Source: Candidatus Fermentibacterota bacterium (GTDB lineage Bacteria > Fermentibacterota > Fermentibacteria > Fermentibacterales > Fermentibacteraceae). Taken from it: a stretch of DNA of 64,000 nt. The notes under the pieces were generated by a model that did not search any database, was not told where the DNA came from, and saw nothing but the letters and a program-made list of their open reading frames with translations. Position numbers and translations under genes: made by a program. Shown here piece by piece: positions 56,216-64,000 of the stretch; the first letter of the stretch is position 1; each line of letters begins with the position of its first letter. The stretch spans positions 1,479,904 through 1,543,903 of the forward strand of contig OY970370.1 of NCBI GenBank assembly GCA_963718745.1, given 5' to 3'.

Positions 56216-57175
56216 TTGTCGGCGTTTGATCCCGGGCGCCTCGCCGCACTTGTCAGGAACAGGGACACCCGGGGGCTCGCCCGTGCGCTTTCGGTCGTCG
56301 AGAACGGCGGACCGGAGGCTTCGGCGCTGCTGCACGAACTCTACGACCCATCCCCGGCTTCCCGATCCGTGGGGATCACCGGGCCGCCGGGTGCGGGGAA
56401 GAGCAGCCTGGCCGACGTCCTCCTCGCTCACTGGAGAGGTGCGGGCAGACGCCCCGGAGTCATAGCGGTGGATCCCTCCTCCCCCTTCTCGGGCGGAGCC
56501 ATCCTGGGCGACAGGCTGAGGATGCAGCGGCATGCATGCGATCCGGACATCTTCATCCGGAGCATGGGCAGCAGGGGGCACATCGGCGGGCTGGCCGGGA
56601 CGACGGCGCAGGCCGTCGAGGTGCTGGCAGCCGGCGGATTCGACCCCGTGCTGATAGAGACTGTCGGTGTGGGCCAGGGAGAGGTCGAGGTGGCCGCGAT
56701 CGCCGACCTGACCGTGCTGGTCCTGGTTCCAGGGCTCGGGGACGATGTCCAGATGATGAAGGCCGGGATCATGGAGATCGGTGACCTCATCATCCTGAAC
56801 AAGTCCGACAGGAACGGCATAGACCAGCTGGAATCGGTCGTGCGGGCCGGACTCGAGCTGGCGCCCGAGGGTACGGTCACGCCGTCCGTCCTCAGGTGCT
56901 CGGTCGTCACCGGTGAAGGGCTCGAGGAGGTCTTCACCGAGATAGACAGGCTGCTCGCCTCCGGAAGGGATTTCGAGGGGGCGAGGCGCGGAAGAGTGAA
57001 GGAGAACCTCCTCAGGGTTGCGGCTGAGCAGGGCGCCAGAGCGGCGCTCGGAATCCTGGAGAGGGTTTACGGAATTGAGAAGGCCGTCGACATGGTGCTT
57101 TCCGGCGAGACCACTCCATACGAGATAGGTGAACGGCTGGCCTCGCTGGCGGGAAAGGTCGTGGTGCAGGGATGA
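56216..57175 (+). CDS. meaB: methylmalonyl-CoA mutase-associated GTPase MeaB/ArgK
   Basis: P-loop [13 protein letters not shown]; ETVGVGQ; NKSD. Confidence 0.8.
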   Translation: MSAFDPGRLAALVRNRDTRGLARALSVVENGGPEASALLHELYDPSPASRSVGITGPPGAGKSSLADVLLAHWRGAGRRPGVIAVDPSSPFSGGAILGDRLRMQRHACDPDIFIRSMGSRGHIGGLAGTTAQAVEVLAAGGFDPVLIETVGVGQGEVEVAAIADLTVLVLVPGLGDDVQMMKAGIMEIGDLIILNKSDRNGIDQLESVVRAGLELAPEGTVTPSVLRCSVVTGEGLEEVFTEIDRLLASGRDFEGARRGRVKENLLRVAAEQGARAALGILERVYGIEKAVDMVLSGETTPYEIGERLASLAGKVVVQG

Positions 57176-57597
57176 TAGAGCGCATAGACCACATCGGCAT
57201 TGCAGTGGAGAGCCTCGAGTCGTCGGCCCCCTTCTACAGGGACGTGCTCGGCCTCGAGGACCTCGGCAGGGAGGAGGTCCCCGCCCAGAAGGTGCGGGTG
57301 GCCATGTTCCGGGTCGGCGAAGCGAGGATAGAGCTTCTCGAGCCGACCTCGCCCGACAGCCCGATAGCCCAGTTCCTGGAGAAGAAGGGCCCCGGCATCC
57401 ACCATATCGCCTATTCGGTCACGGATGCGTCGGGAGCCGTACGGAGCCTCGTCGGGAACGGCATCGAAATGATCGACCGCGAACCGCGGATGGGTGCAGG
57501 CGGCAGCATGATAGCCTTCATCCACCCCAGGTCCAGCGGCAGGGTATTGACGGAGATATGCGAACACGGAACCAGCGAAAAGGAAGAGGGCCTATGA
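57172..57597 (+). CDS. mce: methylmalonyl-CoA epimerase (VOC/glyoxalase family)
   Basis: IDHIGIAV...; 4-nt overlap with meaB; sits in mmd operon. Confidence 0.75.
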   Translation: MIERIDHIGIAVESLESSAPFYRDVLGLEDLGREEVPAQKVRVAMFRVGEARIELLEPTSPDSPIAQFLEKKGPGIHHIAYSVTDASGAVRSLVGNGIEMIDREPRMGAGGSMIAFIHPRSSGRVLTEICEHGTSEKEEGL

Positions 57598-59144
57598 CAT
57601 CGGCAGAAAAAGTCGAGAAGCTCCTCAAGCAGCGGGAGAAGGCCCAGGAGGGCGGCGGGCTCGATCGCATCGAGAAGCAGCACGCCCTGGGCAAGCTGAC
57701 CGCCCGCGAGAGGATCGAGCTGCTGCTCGACGAGGGGAGTTTCGAGGAGTTCGACATGTTCGTCACCCACAGGTGCACGAAGTTCGGGCTCGACTCGAAG
57801 CACATTCCCGGTGACGGAGTCGTGACCGGATACGGCACCATCGACGGCCGTCTGGTCTATGTGTTCGCTCATGACTTCACTGTTTTCGGAGGCTCCCTGT
57901 CGGAGACGTTCGCCGAGAAGGTCATCAAGATCATGGAGATGGCCGCCGAGAACGGCGCCCCCGTGATAGGCCTCAACGACTCGGGCGGAGCGAGGATCCA
58001 GGAGGGCATCGAGAGCCTCGCGGGATACGGCGAGATCTTCCTCCGGAATGTCGTCTACTCCGGGGTCATCCCGCAGATTTCAGTCATAATGGGCCCCTGC
58101 GCCGGCGGAGCGGTCTACAGCCCCGCGATCACCGACTTCACCATCATGGTGGAGAACTCGAGCTACATGTTCGTCACCGGCCCCAAGGTCGTGAAGACCG
58201 TCACGGGCGAAGACGTCACGGTGGACCAGCTCGGCGGGGCGCACATACACGCCACCCGTTCGGGCGTCGCCAGCCTCACCTGCAAGAGCGAGCAGGAGGC
58301 CCTGCTGTTCGTCCGGAAGCTGGTCAGCTACATCCCCCAGAACAACATGGAGGATCCGGTCCCCGCCACGCCAACGGATCCCCACGACAGGATGGAGGAG
58401 TGGCTGGACGACTTCATCCCGGACAATCCCAACAAGCCCTATGAGATGCGCCGGATCATCTCCGCGATCGTCGACGACGGCGAGTTCCTCGAGATCCAGA
58501 GGATGTTCGCCCCCAACATCATCGTGGGGTTCGCCAGGATGAACGGCAAGTCGGTGGGCATCGTCGCCAACCAGCCTTCCTTCCTGGCCGGCGTCCTGGA
58601 CAACGACGCCTCCATCAAGGGTGCACGGTTCGTACGCTTCTGCGACGCCTTCAACATCCCGGTGATGACGCTCGTCGACGTCCCCGGCTTCATGCCAGGA
58701 ACCAAGCAGGAGTATGCCGGCATCATCCGGAACGGCGCCAAGCTGCTCTATGCGTTTGCCGAGGCCACGGTCCCGAAGGTCACCGTCATCGTGCGAAAGG
58801 CCTACGGCGGCGCCTATGACGTGATGAGCTCGAAGCACCTCAAGTCGGATGTGAACTATGCCTGGCCCAGCGCCGAGATCGCGGTCATGGGTCCCGAGGG
58901 AGCGGTGGAGATCATCTTCAGCAAGGATCTCGAGAAGGCCCAGTCCCCCGTCGAGAAGAAGAAGGAGCTGGTCGAGGACTACAAGGAGCACTTCGCCAAT
59001 CCCTTCACGGCCGCCGAGCGCGGATACGTGGATGATGTGATAGTGCCTTCCACCACCAGGTTCAGGGTCATCAGGGCGCTCGAGATGCTGTCGGGCAAGA
59101 GGCGCTTCATGCCCTCCAAGAAGCACGGGAACATCCCGCTATGA
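57594..59144 (+). CDS. mmdA: methylmalonyl-CoA decarboxylase alpha subunit / carboxyltransferase (propionyl-CoA carboxylase beta family)
   Basis: 516 aa 12S carboxyltransferase fold (...[12 protein letters not shown]..., ...AYGGAYDVM...). Confidence 0.85.
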   Translation: MTSAEKVEKLLKQREKAQEGGGLDRIEKQHALGKLTARERIELLLDEGSFEEFDMFVTHRCTKFGLDSKHIPGDGVVTGYGTIDGRLVYVFAHDFTVFGGSLSETFAEKVIKIMEMAAENGAPVIGLNDSGGARIQEGIESLAGYGEIFLRNVVYSGVIPQISVIMGPCAGGAVYSPAITDFTIMVENSSYMFVTGPKVVKTVTGEDVTVDQLGGAHIHATRSGVASLTCKSEQEALLFVRKLVSYIPQNNMEDPVPATPTDPHDRMEEWLDDFIPDNPNKPYEMRRIISAIVDDGEFLEIQRMFAPNIIVGFARMNGKSVGIVANQPSFLAGVLDNDASIKGARFVRFCDAFNIPVMTLVDVPGFMPGTKQEYAGIIRNGAKLLYAFAEATVPKVTVIVRKAYGGAYDVMSSKHLKSDVNYAWPSAEIAVMGPEGAVEIIFSKDLEKAQSPVEKKKELVEDYKEHFANPFTAAERGYVDDVIVPSTTRFRVIRALEMLSGKRRFMPSKKHGNIPL

Positions 59145-59551
59145 CGGCGGCAGCGGTCCTGATCGCTGCAGTCGCGCAGACGGGTGGACACGCCACTGCG
59201 CAGGGGGCCAGGGTATCCGTCGTGGGGATGGTGATCGTCTTCATCGGCCTGGTGGTCCTGACGCTCATCCTGCCCCTCCTCAGGAAGATCATCGAGCGGT
59301 CCGACAGCAGGAGGGCTTCCGTGGAGAGCAGGCTGGAGCCCGTGCAGCCCGCCGCTCCCACCGAGGAGGAGATGGCGGCCGTCGTGAGCGCGCTGAACGC
59401 GCATCTGCACAGCCTGGAACAGATCGAGCACGTACGGCTCACCCTGGGCCTCTATGACAAGCCCTACAGACCGTGGCGCCTCGCTGGCCGGGCCGAGGTG
59501 CTCCTCGGCAGGCAGGCTCTCGGGGGACGCCCGCGGAACAGGAGTCTCTGA
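59141..59551 (+). CDS. Na+-decarboxylase small membrane subunit (OadG/MmdD-like)
   Basis: single N-terminal TM ([21 protein letters not shown]), position between alpha and biotin-carrier genes. Confidence 0.5.
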   Translation: MTAAAVLIAAVAQTGGHATAQGARVSVVGMVIVFIGLVVLTLILPLLRKIIERSDSRRASVESRLEPVQPAAPTEEEMAAVVSALNAHLHSLEQIEHVRLTLGLYDKPYRPWRLAGRAEVLLGRQALGGRPRNRSL

Positions 59552-59997
59552 TGCCAGAGTACAAGGTAGTGGTGAACGGGAAGCACTACGACGTCAACAT
59601 CGGCAGGATGATCGACGACCGTGTCGACGTGGTGGTGAACGGGAAGAACTTCAACGTGGAGGTCGAGGCCCCCCGCAAGGCCGCCTCGAAAACCCCGCGC
59701 ATCGAGACCAAGCCCCATGTGGTGAGCGCCGCCGAAGCCCCCGACAAGACCTCCCCTCCGGGAGTCGCCTCTTCGGTGGGCAGGGGGGACGTGCTCGCTC
59801 CGCTGCCAGGTCTGATCCTGAAGCTCCTCGTCAAGGAGGGCGACACGGTCGCCGAGGGCCAGACCGTCGCGATCATGGAAGCGATGAAGATGGAGAACGA
59901 GATAGAATCGCCGTTCCGCGGCACCGTAACCAGCATCCCTGTCAAACAGGGGGAAACCGTGCTCGAAAACGCACTCTTGATGAAGATAGGGAGTTGA
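59551..59997 (+). CDS. biotin carboxyl carrier subunit (MmdC-like)
   Basis: EAMKMENEIESP biotinylation motif. Confidence 0.75.
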   Translation: MPEYKVVVNGKHYDVNIGRMIDDRVDVVVNGKNFNVEVEAPRKAASKTPRIETKPHVVSAAEAPDKTSPPGVASSVGRGDVLAPLPGLILKLLVKEGDTVAEGQTVAIMEAMKMENEIESPFRGTVTSIPVKQGETVLENALLMKIGS

Positions 59998-59998
59998 T

Positions 59999-61210
59999 AT
60001 GCCTCCGGCCGGCCGCCTCCTCGGCGTGCTGACGGCCGCAGCAGGTTCACAGCCCCAGGCCGCGTCCGATCTCTCGAGCATCTTCCGGGTCACTGGATTC
60101 GGGAACATCGAAATCGGAAACCTGATCATGATCGCGGTCGGGCTGGCAATGATCTGGCTCGCCGTCAGGAAGAACTACGAACCTCTCCTGCTCGTCCCGA
60201 TAGGCTTCGGGATAATCGCGGGGAACATCCCCTACGATCCCAGCCTGATGCCGATAGGCTACCAGGATGTCCTCGGCGGGCAGCAGTCCGTCTTCAAGCT
60301 CTACTATTTCGGAGTCTCCAGCGGGCTCTTCCCTCCCCTGATCTTCCTCGGGATCGGGGCCATGACCGACTTCAGCGCCCTCCTCTCCAACCCCAAGCTG
60401 CTTCTGCTGGGGGCCGCCGCACAGATAGGGATCTTCCTCACGCTGATGGGGTCGCTGGTGCTGGGGTTCGACCTGAAGGAGGCCGCCGCCATCGGGATCA
60501 TCGGAGGCGCCGACGGCCCCACCGCGATCTTCGTCGCGAGCCAGATGGCGCCGCATCTGCTCGGAGCCATCGCGATAGCCGCATACTCCTACATGGGCCT
60601 CGTCCCGGTGATCCAGCCTCCCATAATGAAGCTCCTCACCACACCGGCGGAGCGGCGCATCAGGATGAAACCCGCACGGAAGGTCTCCAGGGCGGAGAAG
60701 ATCCTTTTCCCGATAGTGGCCTTCATAGTCACCGCCTTCATAGCACCCGGGGCGATCACCCTGCTCGGCATGCTCTTCTTCGGCAACCTGCTGAAGGAGA
60801 GCGGCGTCACCAACCGCCTCTCCGACAGCGCCCAGAACGCGCTCAACAACATAGTGGTGATGCTCCTCGGCTTCTCGGTGGGCACCAGCACCCAGGCGAG
60901 CTTTTTCCTCACTCCGCAGTCCATACTGATCTTCGCACTGGGAGCGGCCAGCTTCGCCACGGCTTCCGCCGGCGGCGTGCTCTTCGCCAAGATCATGAAT
61001 CTCTTCCTCAAGGAAGGCGACAAGATCAATCCTCTCATCGGCTCTGCCGGCGTCTCCGCCGTGCCCGACTCTGCCCGGGTCTCCGAGATCGTCGGCAGGG
61101 AGTACGACCCAAAGAACCACCTGCTCATGCATGCGATGGGCCCGAACGTTGCAGGCGTAATCGGGAGCGCGATCGCCGCGGGCGTGCTGCTGGGCATGAT
61201 CCCTCACTAG
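59999..61210 (+). CDS. Na+-translocating decarboxylase beta subunit (OadB/MmdB)
   Basis: ~400 aa polytopic membrane protein with OadB family conserved segments. Confidence 0.8.
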   Translation: MPPAGRLLGVLTAAAGSQPQAASDLSSIFRVTGFGNIEIGNLIMIAVGLAMIWLAVRKNYEPLLLVPIGFGIIAGNIPYDPSLMPIGYQDVLGGQQSVFKLYYFGVSSGLFPPLIFLGIGAMTDFSALLSNPKLLLLGAAAQIGIFLTLMGSLVLGFDLKEAAAIGIIGGADGPTAIFVASQMAPHLLGAIAIAAYSYMGLVPVIQPPIMKLLTTPAERRIRMKPARKVSRAEKILFPIVAFIVTAFIAPGAITLLGMLFFGNLLKESGVTNRLSDSAQNALNNIVVMLLGFSVGTSTQASFFLTPQSILIFALGAASFATASAGGVLFAKIMNLFLKEGDKINPLIGSAGVSAVPDSARVSEIVGREYDPKNHLLMHAMGPNVAGVIGSAIAAGVLLGMIPH

Positions 61211-61217
61211 GAGGACA

Positions 61218-62204
61218 GTGGGCATTCTCAAGATACGCGGATACGACTACCTCGTGACCGGGGGGGCGGGCTTCATCGGCTCTCACCTCTGCGATGCGCT
61301 ACTCTCGAGGGGGAAGAGCGTCCTCGTACTCGACGACCTCTCCACGGGCAACCTCGCCAACCTCGAGAAGTGCGTTTCGGACAGCGGGTTCAGCTACACG
61401 ATCGGCTCCGTGTGCGACGAGCCTCTTGTAGCCGAGGCCGTGGACCTCTGCAGCACCGTGGTGCACCTTGCCGCAGCGGTCGGTGTGGAGACGATAATCC
61501 GCCATCCCGTGGAGACCATCGAGGTGAACGTCCGGGGAACCGAGAACGTCCTGAGGGCTGCTGCGAAGAAGGGCCGCAGGACATTCATCGCATCCACCTC
61601 CGAAGTCTACGGGAAGGGCGAGGCGGTTCCGTTCAACGAGGAGGGCGACCTCGTCTTCGGGGCCACCAGCCGCAGCAGGTGGAGCTACGCCTGCTCGAAG
61701 ACGATAGACGAGTTCCTCGCCCTCGCCTACTCCAAATCCAGGGGCCTGCCCGTCACCATCGGCCGGCTCTTCAACACGGTCGGCCCGAGGCAGTCCGGGC
61801 GGTACGGGATGGTCCTGCCTCGGTTCATCAGGCAGGCTCTTGCCGGCGAACCGATAACGGTCTACGGCGACGGGACCCAGACCAGGTGCTTCAGCCTGGT
61901 CTATGAAGTCGTGGGTTGCATCCTCGCACTCCTCGACACTCCTTCCTCCGTCGGTCTCGCCGTGAACATCGGCTCGACCGACGAGATCTCCATCCTCGAC
62001 CTCGCCCGCATAGTCAGGGAGAAGACCGGGTCCTCGTCGGAAACAGTCATAGTCCCCTACGACGAGGCATATCCGAAGGACTTCGAGGACATGCAGCGAA
62101 GGGTCCCGGACATCTCGCGCCTGATGGGGCTCATCGGTTTCTCCCCGCAGGCGGGCATCGGGGAGATCATCGACAGGATCCTCGCTTCGGAACCGCCGGT
62201 CTGA
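61218..62204 (+). CDS. NAD-dependent epimerase/dehydratase (UDP-sugar)
   Basis: TGGAGFIGSH Rossmann motif; YxxxK (YACSK). Confidence 0.8.
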   Translation: MGILKIRGYDYLVTGGAGFIGSHLCDALLSRGKSVLVLDDLSTGNLANLEKCVSDSGFSYTIGSVCDEPLVAEAVDLCSTVVHLAAAVGVETIIRHPVETIEVNVRGTENVLRAAAKKGRRTFIASTSEVYGKGEAVPFNEEGDLVFGATSRSRWSYACSKTIDEFLALAYSKSRGLPVTIGRLFNTVGPRQSGRYGMVLPRFIRQALAGEPITVYGDGTQTRCFSLVYEVVGCILALLDTPSSVGLAVNIGSTDEISILDLARIVREKTGSSSETVIVPYDEAYPKDFEDMQRRVPDISRLMGLIGFSPQAGIGEIIDRILASEPPV

Positions 62205-62209
62205 GCATC

Positions 62210-63001
62210 TTGGAGAGGATCGAATCCCCCCAGAACCGGTCCGTCCGCAGGGCGGTCGAGCTGGGAACGCCCCGGGGGGTCGAGAAGCACGGGGCCTTCC
62301 TCGTGGAGGGCCCCCGTTTCGTTGCGGACATACTGCGCCTGCGCGGCGGCCTCGTCATGGAAGTTTTCCTCTGTGAATCGACCGAGCCACCGCCTGCTCC
62401 CGGCGGAAGCTTCAACGGCCGTTTCCTCAGGCTTCCGGACGAGATCTTCCGGCTTGTTTCCGATACGGCCCACTCCCAGGGAGTCGTGGCCGTCTGCAGG
62501 CTGCCCGTGCATCCCGAAACGCTCGAAACCGGCCGGGAGCCGGCTTCGGTCCTGGTGCTGGACGGGATCGCGGATCCGGGCAACGCCGGAACCCTCCTGA
62601 GGTGCGCGGCCGCCTTCCGCTTCCGGGCGGTCCTCGCGCTGGAGGGGACGTGCAACCTCTTCACGACGAAGGTCACGAGGGCATCCGCGGGAACCAACGC
62701 CTTCGTTTCCATCATGTCCGGGCTCACTGCATCCGCAGCCTCTGCGCTGCTCGTCTCCGCGGGATACGAGGCCATCGCAGCCGAGACCTCGGGGATCCCG
62801 GTCTATACCGCTCCAATACCGGCGCGGTGCGCGCTGGTGCTTGGCTCGGAGGCACACGGGCTCTCACGCGGGACGAAGGCGATCTGCCGCAGGTCGATAT
62901 CCGTTCCGCAGTCGCCCGAAGTCGAATCCCTGAACGTCGCCACGGCGGGAGCGGTCCTCATGAGCTGGATCGGCTCGTTCCGCCGGCCTCCCCGGATCTA
63001 G
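62210..63001 (+). CDS. SpoU/TrmH-family RNA 2'-O-methyltransferase
   Basis: SPOUT motifs VLVLDGIADPGNAGTLLR, LVLGSEAHGLS; TTG start assumed. Confidence 0.6.
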   Translation: MERIESPQNRSVRRAVELGTPRGVEKHGAFLVEGPRFVADILRLRGGLVMEVFLCESTEPPPAPGGSFNGRFLRLPDEIFRLVSDTAHSQGVVAVCRLPVHPETLETGREPASVLVLDGIADPGNAGTLLRCAAAFRFRAVLALEGTCNLFTTKVTRASAGTNAFVSIMSGLTASAASALLVSAGYEAIAAETSGIPVYTAPIPARCALVLGSEAHGLSRGTKAICRRSISVPQSPEVESLNVATAGAVLMSWIGSFRRPPRI

Positions 63002-64000
63002 CCCCTGCCCAGTATCCCCCCGAGGAGCCCCCTGAAGATCGAACGGCCGACCTGGCTGCCCACCGTTCTTACAGTCTGCTTGGCGAATGTCTCCACCATG
63101 CCCTGGCGCCTGCCCGTGCCCCAGAGCATCTCCCCGAGTCGGCCCCTTCCCTCGGACTTCTCTTCGGTGCCCTTTTCGCCGGCCTTTCCGTCCTGCCTGC
63201 CGCCCGCCGACTGCTCCGTGCGCCTGGTGAGGATCTCGAAGGCGGACTCCCTGTCCGCCGGCTGATCGTACCTGGTCCCGAGCGGGCTCCGCCTGCGTAT
63301 CTCCTCCCGTTCGGCGTCCGTGATGGAGCCCATCCTGCATCGCGGGGGGCAGATGATGGTCCTTTCGACGGGCATCGGGACGCCCTTCTCCTGAAGGGTC
63401 GATACGAGGGCTTCGCCTACTCCGAGCTGCGAGATGACCTCCGCGACGTCGAGGGTGGGATTCGAGACGAAGGTTTCCGCCGCTGTCCTGACAGCCTTCA
63501 TGTCCCGCGGGGTGAAAGCCCTCAGGGCGTGCTGGATGCGGTTGCCCATCTGCCCCAGGATCTCGTCGGGGACGTCGTCCGGGAACTGGGAGCAGAAGTA
63601 GACCCCCACGCCCTTGGAGCGGATTATCCGGACGACCTGTTCGACCCTCTGACGCAGGGAGGGCGTGGCGTCGGCGAACAGGAGGTGCGCCTCGTCGAAC
63701 ATGAAGACGAGCCTGGGCTTCTCCTGGTCGCCAACCTCCGGGAGGTTTTCGTAGAGCTCCGAGAGGAGCCACAGGAGGAAGCTCGAGTAGAGGCGCGGCT
63801 TGAGGACCAGCTGGTCCGCGGCCAGTATGCTGATGACCCCCTTGCCGTTCAGATCGGTGCGCATCAGGTCGGCAAGCTCCAGCGCCGGTTCGCCGAAGAA
63901 GCCGCCGCCGCCCTCTCTGTCGAGCGTCAGGAGCGCCCGCTGGATCGCCGCGACGGATTGGGGTGAGACAAGTCCGTACTCGGTTGAGATGACCTTCCTG
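62998..64000 (-). CDS. DUF853/HerA-like ATPase (partial, N-terminus beyond window)
   Basis: C-terminal region ...LVFMFDEAHLLF...VGVYFCSQ...; frame remains open to window end. Confidence 0.6.
   Translation of the reverse strand, partial: RKVISTEYGLVSPQSVAAIQRALLTLDREGGGGFFGEPALELADLMRTDLNGKGVISILAADQLVLKPRLYSSFLLWLLSELYENLPEVGDQEKPRLVFMFDEAHLLFADATPSLRQRVEQVVRIIRSKGVGVYFCSQFPDDVPDEILGQMGNRIQHALRAFTPRDMKAVRTAAETFVSNPTLDVAEVISQLGVGEALVSTLQEKGVPMPVERTIICPPRCRMGSITDAEREEIRRRSPLGTRYDQPADRESAFEILTRRTEQSAGGRQDGKAGEKGTEEKSEGRGRLGEMLWGTGRRQGMVETFAKQTVRTVGSQVGRSIFRGLLGGILGRG

Noticed and set aside
62602-63966. 454-aa plus-strand ORF antisense to the DUF853 ATPase
   Set aside because: Arg/Gly/Pro-rich. 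The minus-strand frame has Walker-type ATPase motifs and stays open to the window edge.
1-64000. CRISPR arrays or cas genes
   Set aside because: No regularly spaced direct repeats were found. The only repetitive loci are the cassette repeats, the (TACC)n tract and the three 27-bp palindromes.

Overview
A 64-kb, high-GC (~65%) bacterial chromosomal window, probably from an uncultivated FCB-group (T9SS-bearing) lineage. At least six large secreted proteins end in a T9SS-type C-terminal sorting domain, which is the basis for that placement.

The housekeeping content reads as follows:
- Left edge: an rpsF-ssb-(PriB/SSB-like OB-fold)-rpsR ribosomal cluster, followed by a DUF1846 gene and a gingipain-like C25 peptidase with a T9SS CTD.
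- Then an inositol monophosphatase, an LpxL-type acyltransferase, an Rrf2(IscR-like)-NifU-NifS Fe-S cluster, a fused SecDF, an OmpR-type two-component pair, and SBBP- and RCC1-repeat beta-propeller proteins.
- Right third: TldD/PmbA, Hsp20, nitroreductase, PepP, TadA, MsrB-MsrA, a DUF3795 Cys-rich protein, a Prs-family kinase, and a complete methylmalonyl-CoA module. That module comprises a B12-binding mutase subunit, MeaB, an epimerase and a Na+-pumping methylmalonyl-CoA decarboxylase MmdADCB. It is followed by an NAD epimerase, a SpoU methyltransferase and a partial DUF853 ATPase.

Two accessory regions stand out.

(1) 25.3-29.8 kb carries a minus-strand arsR-arsP-like permease-thioredoxin(x2)-ccdA-acr3 arsenic/thiol-redox operon. 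It has a recognisable promoter and palindromic operator. An inverted pair of an AT-rich 27-bp palindromic repeat sits inside it, and a third copy of that repeat lies at 54.46 kb.

(2) 32.8-43.4 kb is a tandem array of three related cassettes abutting the 3' end of a tRNA-Arg(ACG) gene.
- Each cassette begins with a tRNA-3'-end-like repeat (TGGTACACCGGCC...). It encodes a small ParB-type HTH protein and a signal-peptide PD40-like beta-propeller protein whose first ~90 codons are near-identical at the DNA level between copies before diverging.
- Only the middle cassette retains the downstream 1420-aa M23-like/FG-GAP/FN3/T9SS-CTD surface protein, which is translationally coupled to the propeller gene. 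The outer cassettes keep only 5' remnants of paralogous versions.
- The middle cassette also carries a (TACC)~17 tetranucleotide tract about 100 bp upstream of the propeller gene, a candidate phase-variation switch.
- No integrase is present. The arrangement resembles accreted non-autonomous (CIME-like) integrative elements, or a silent/expressed cassette locus for surface-protein variation.

Other oddities: one in-frame TGA splits an otherwise intact signal-peptide-plus-T9SS-CTD beta-propeller gene at 7580; a Walker-A-degenerate ABC ATPase is paired with a permease; the methylmalonyl-CoA mutase appears split, with only its B12 subunit in the window.

Coordinates of hand-refined starts and motifs may be off by 1-3 nt.
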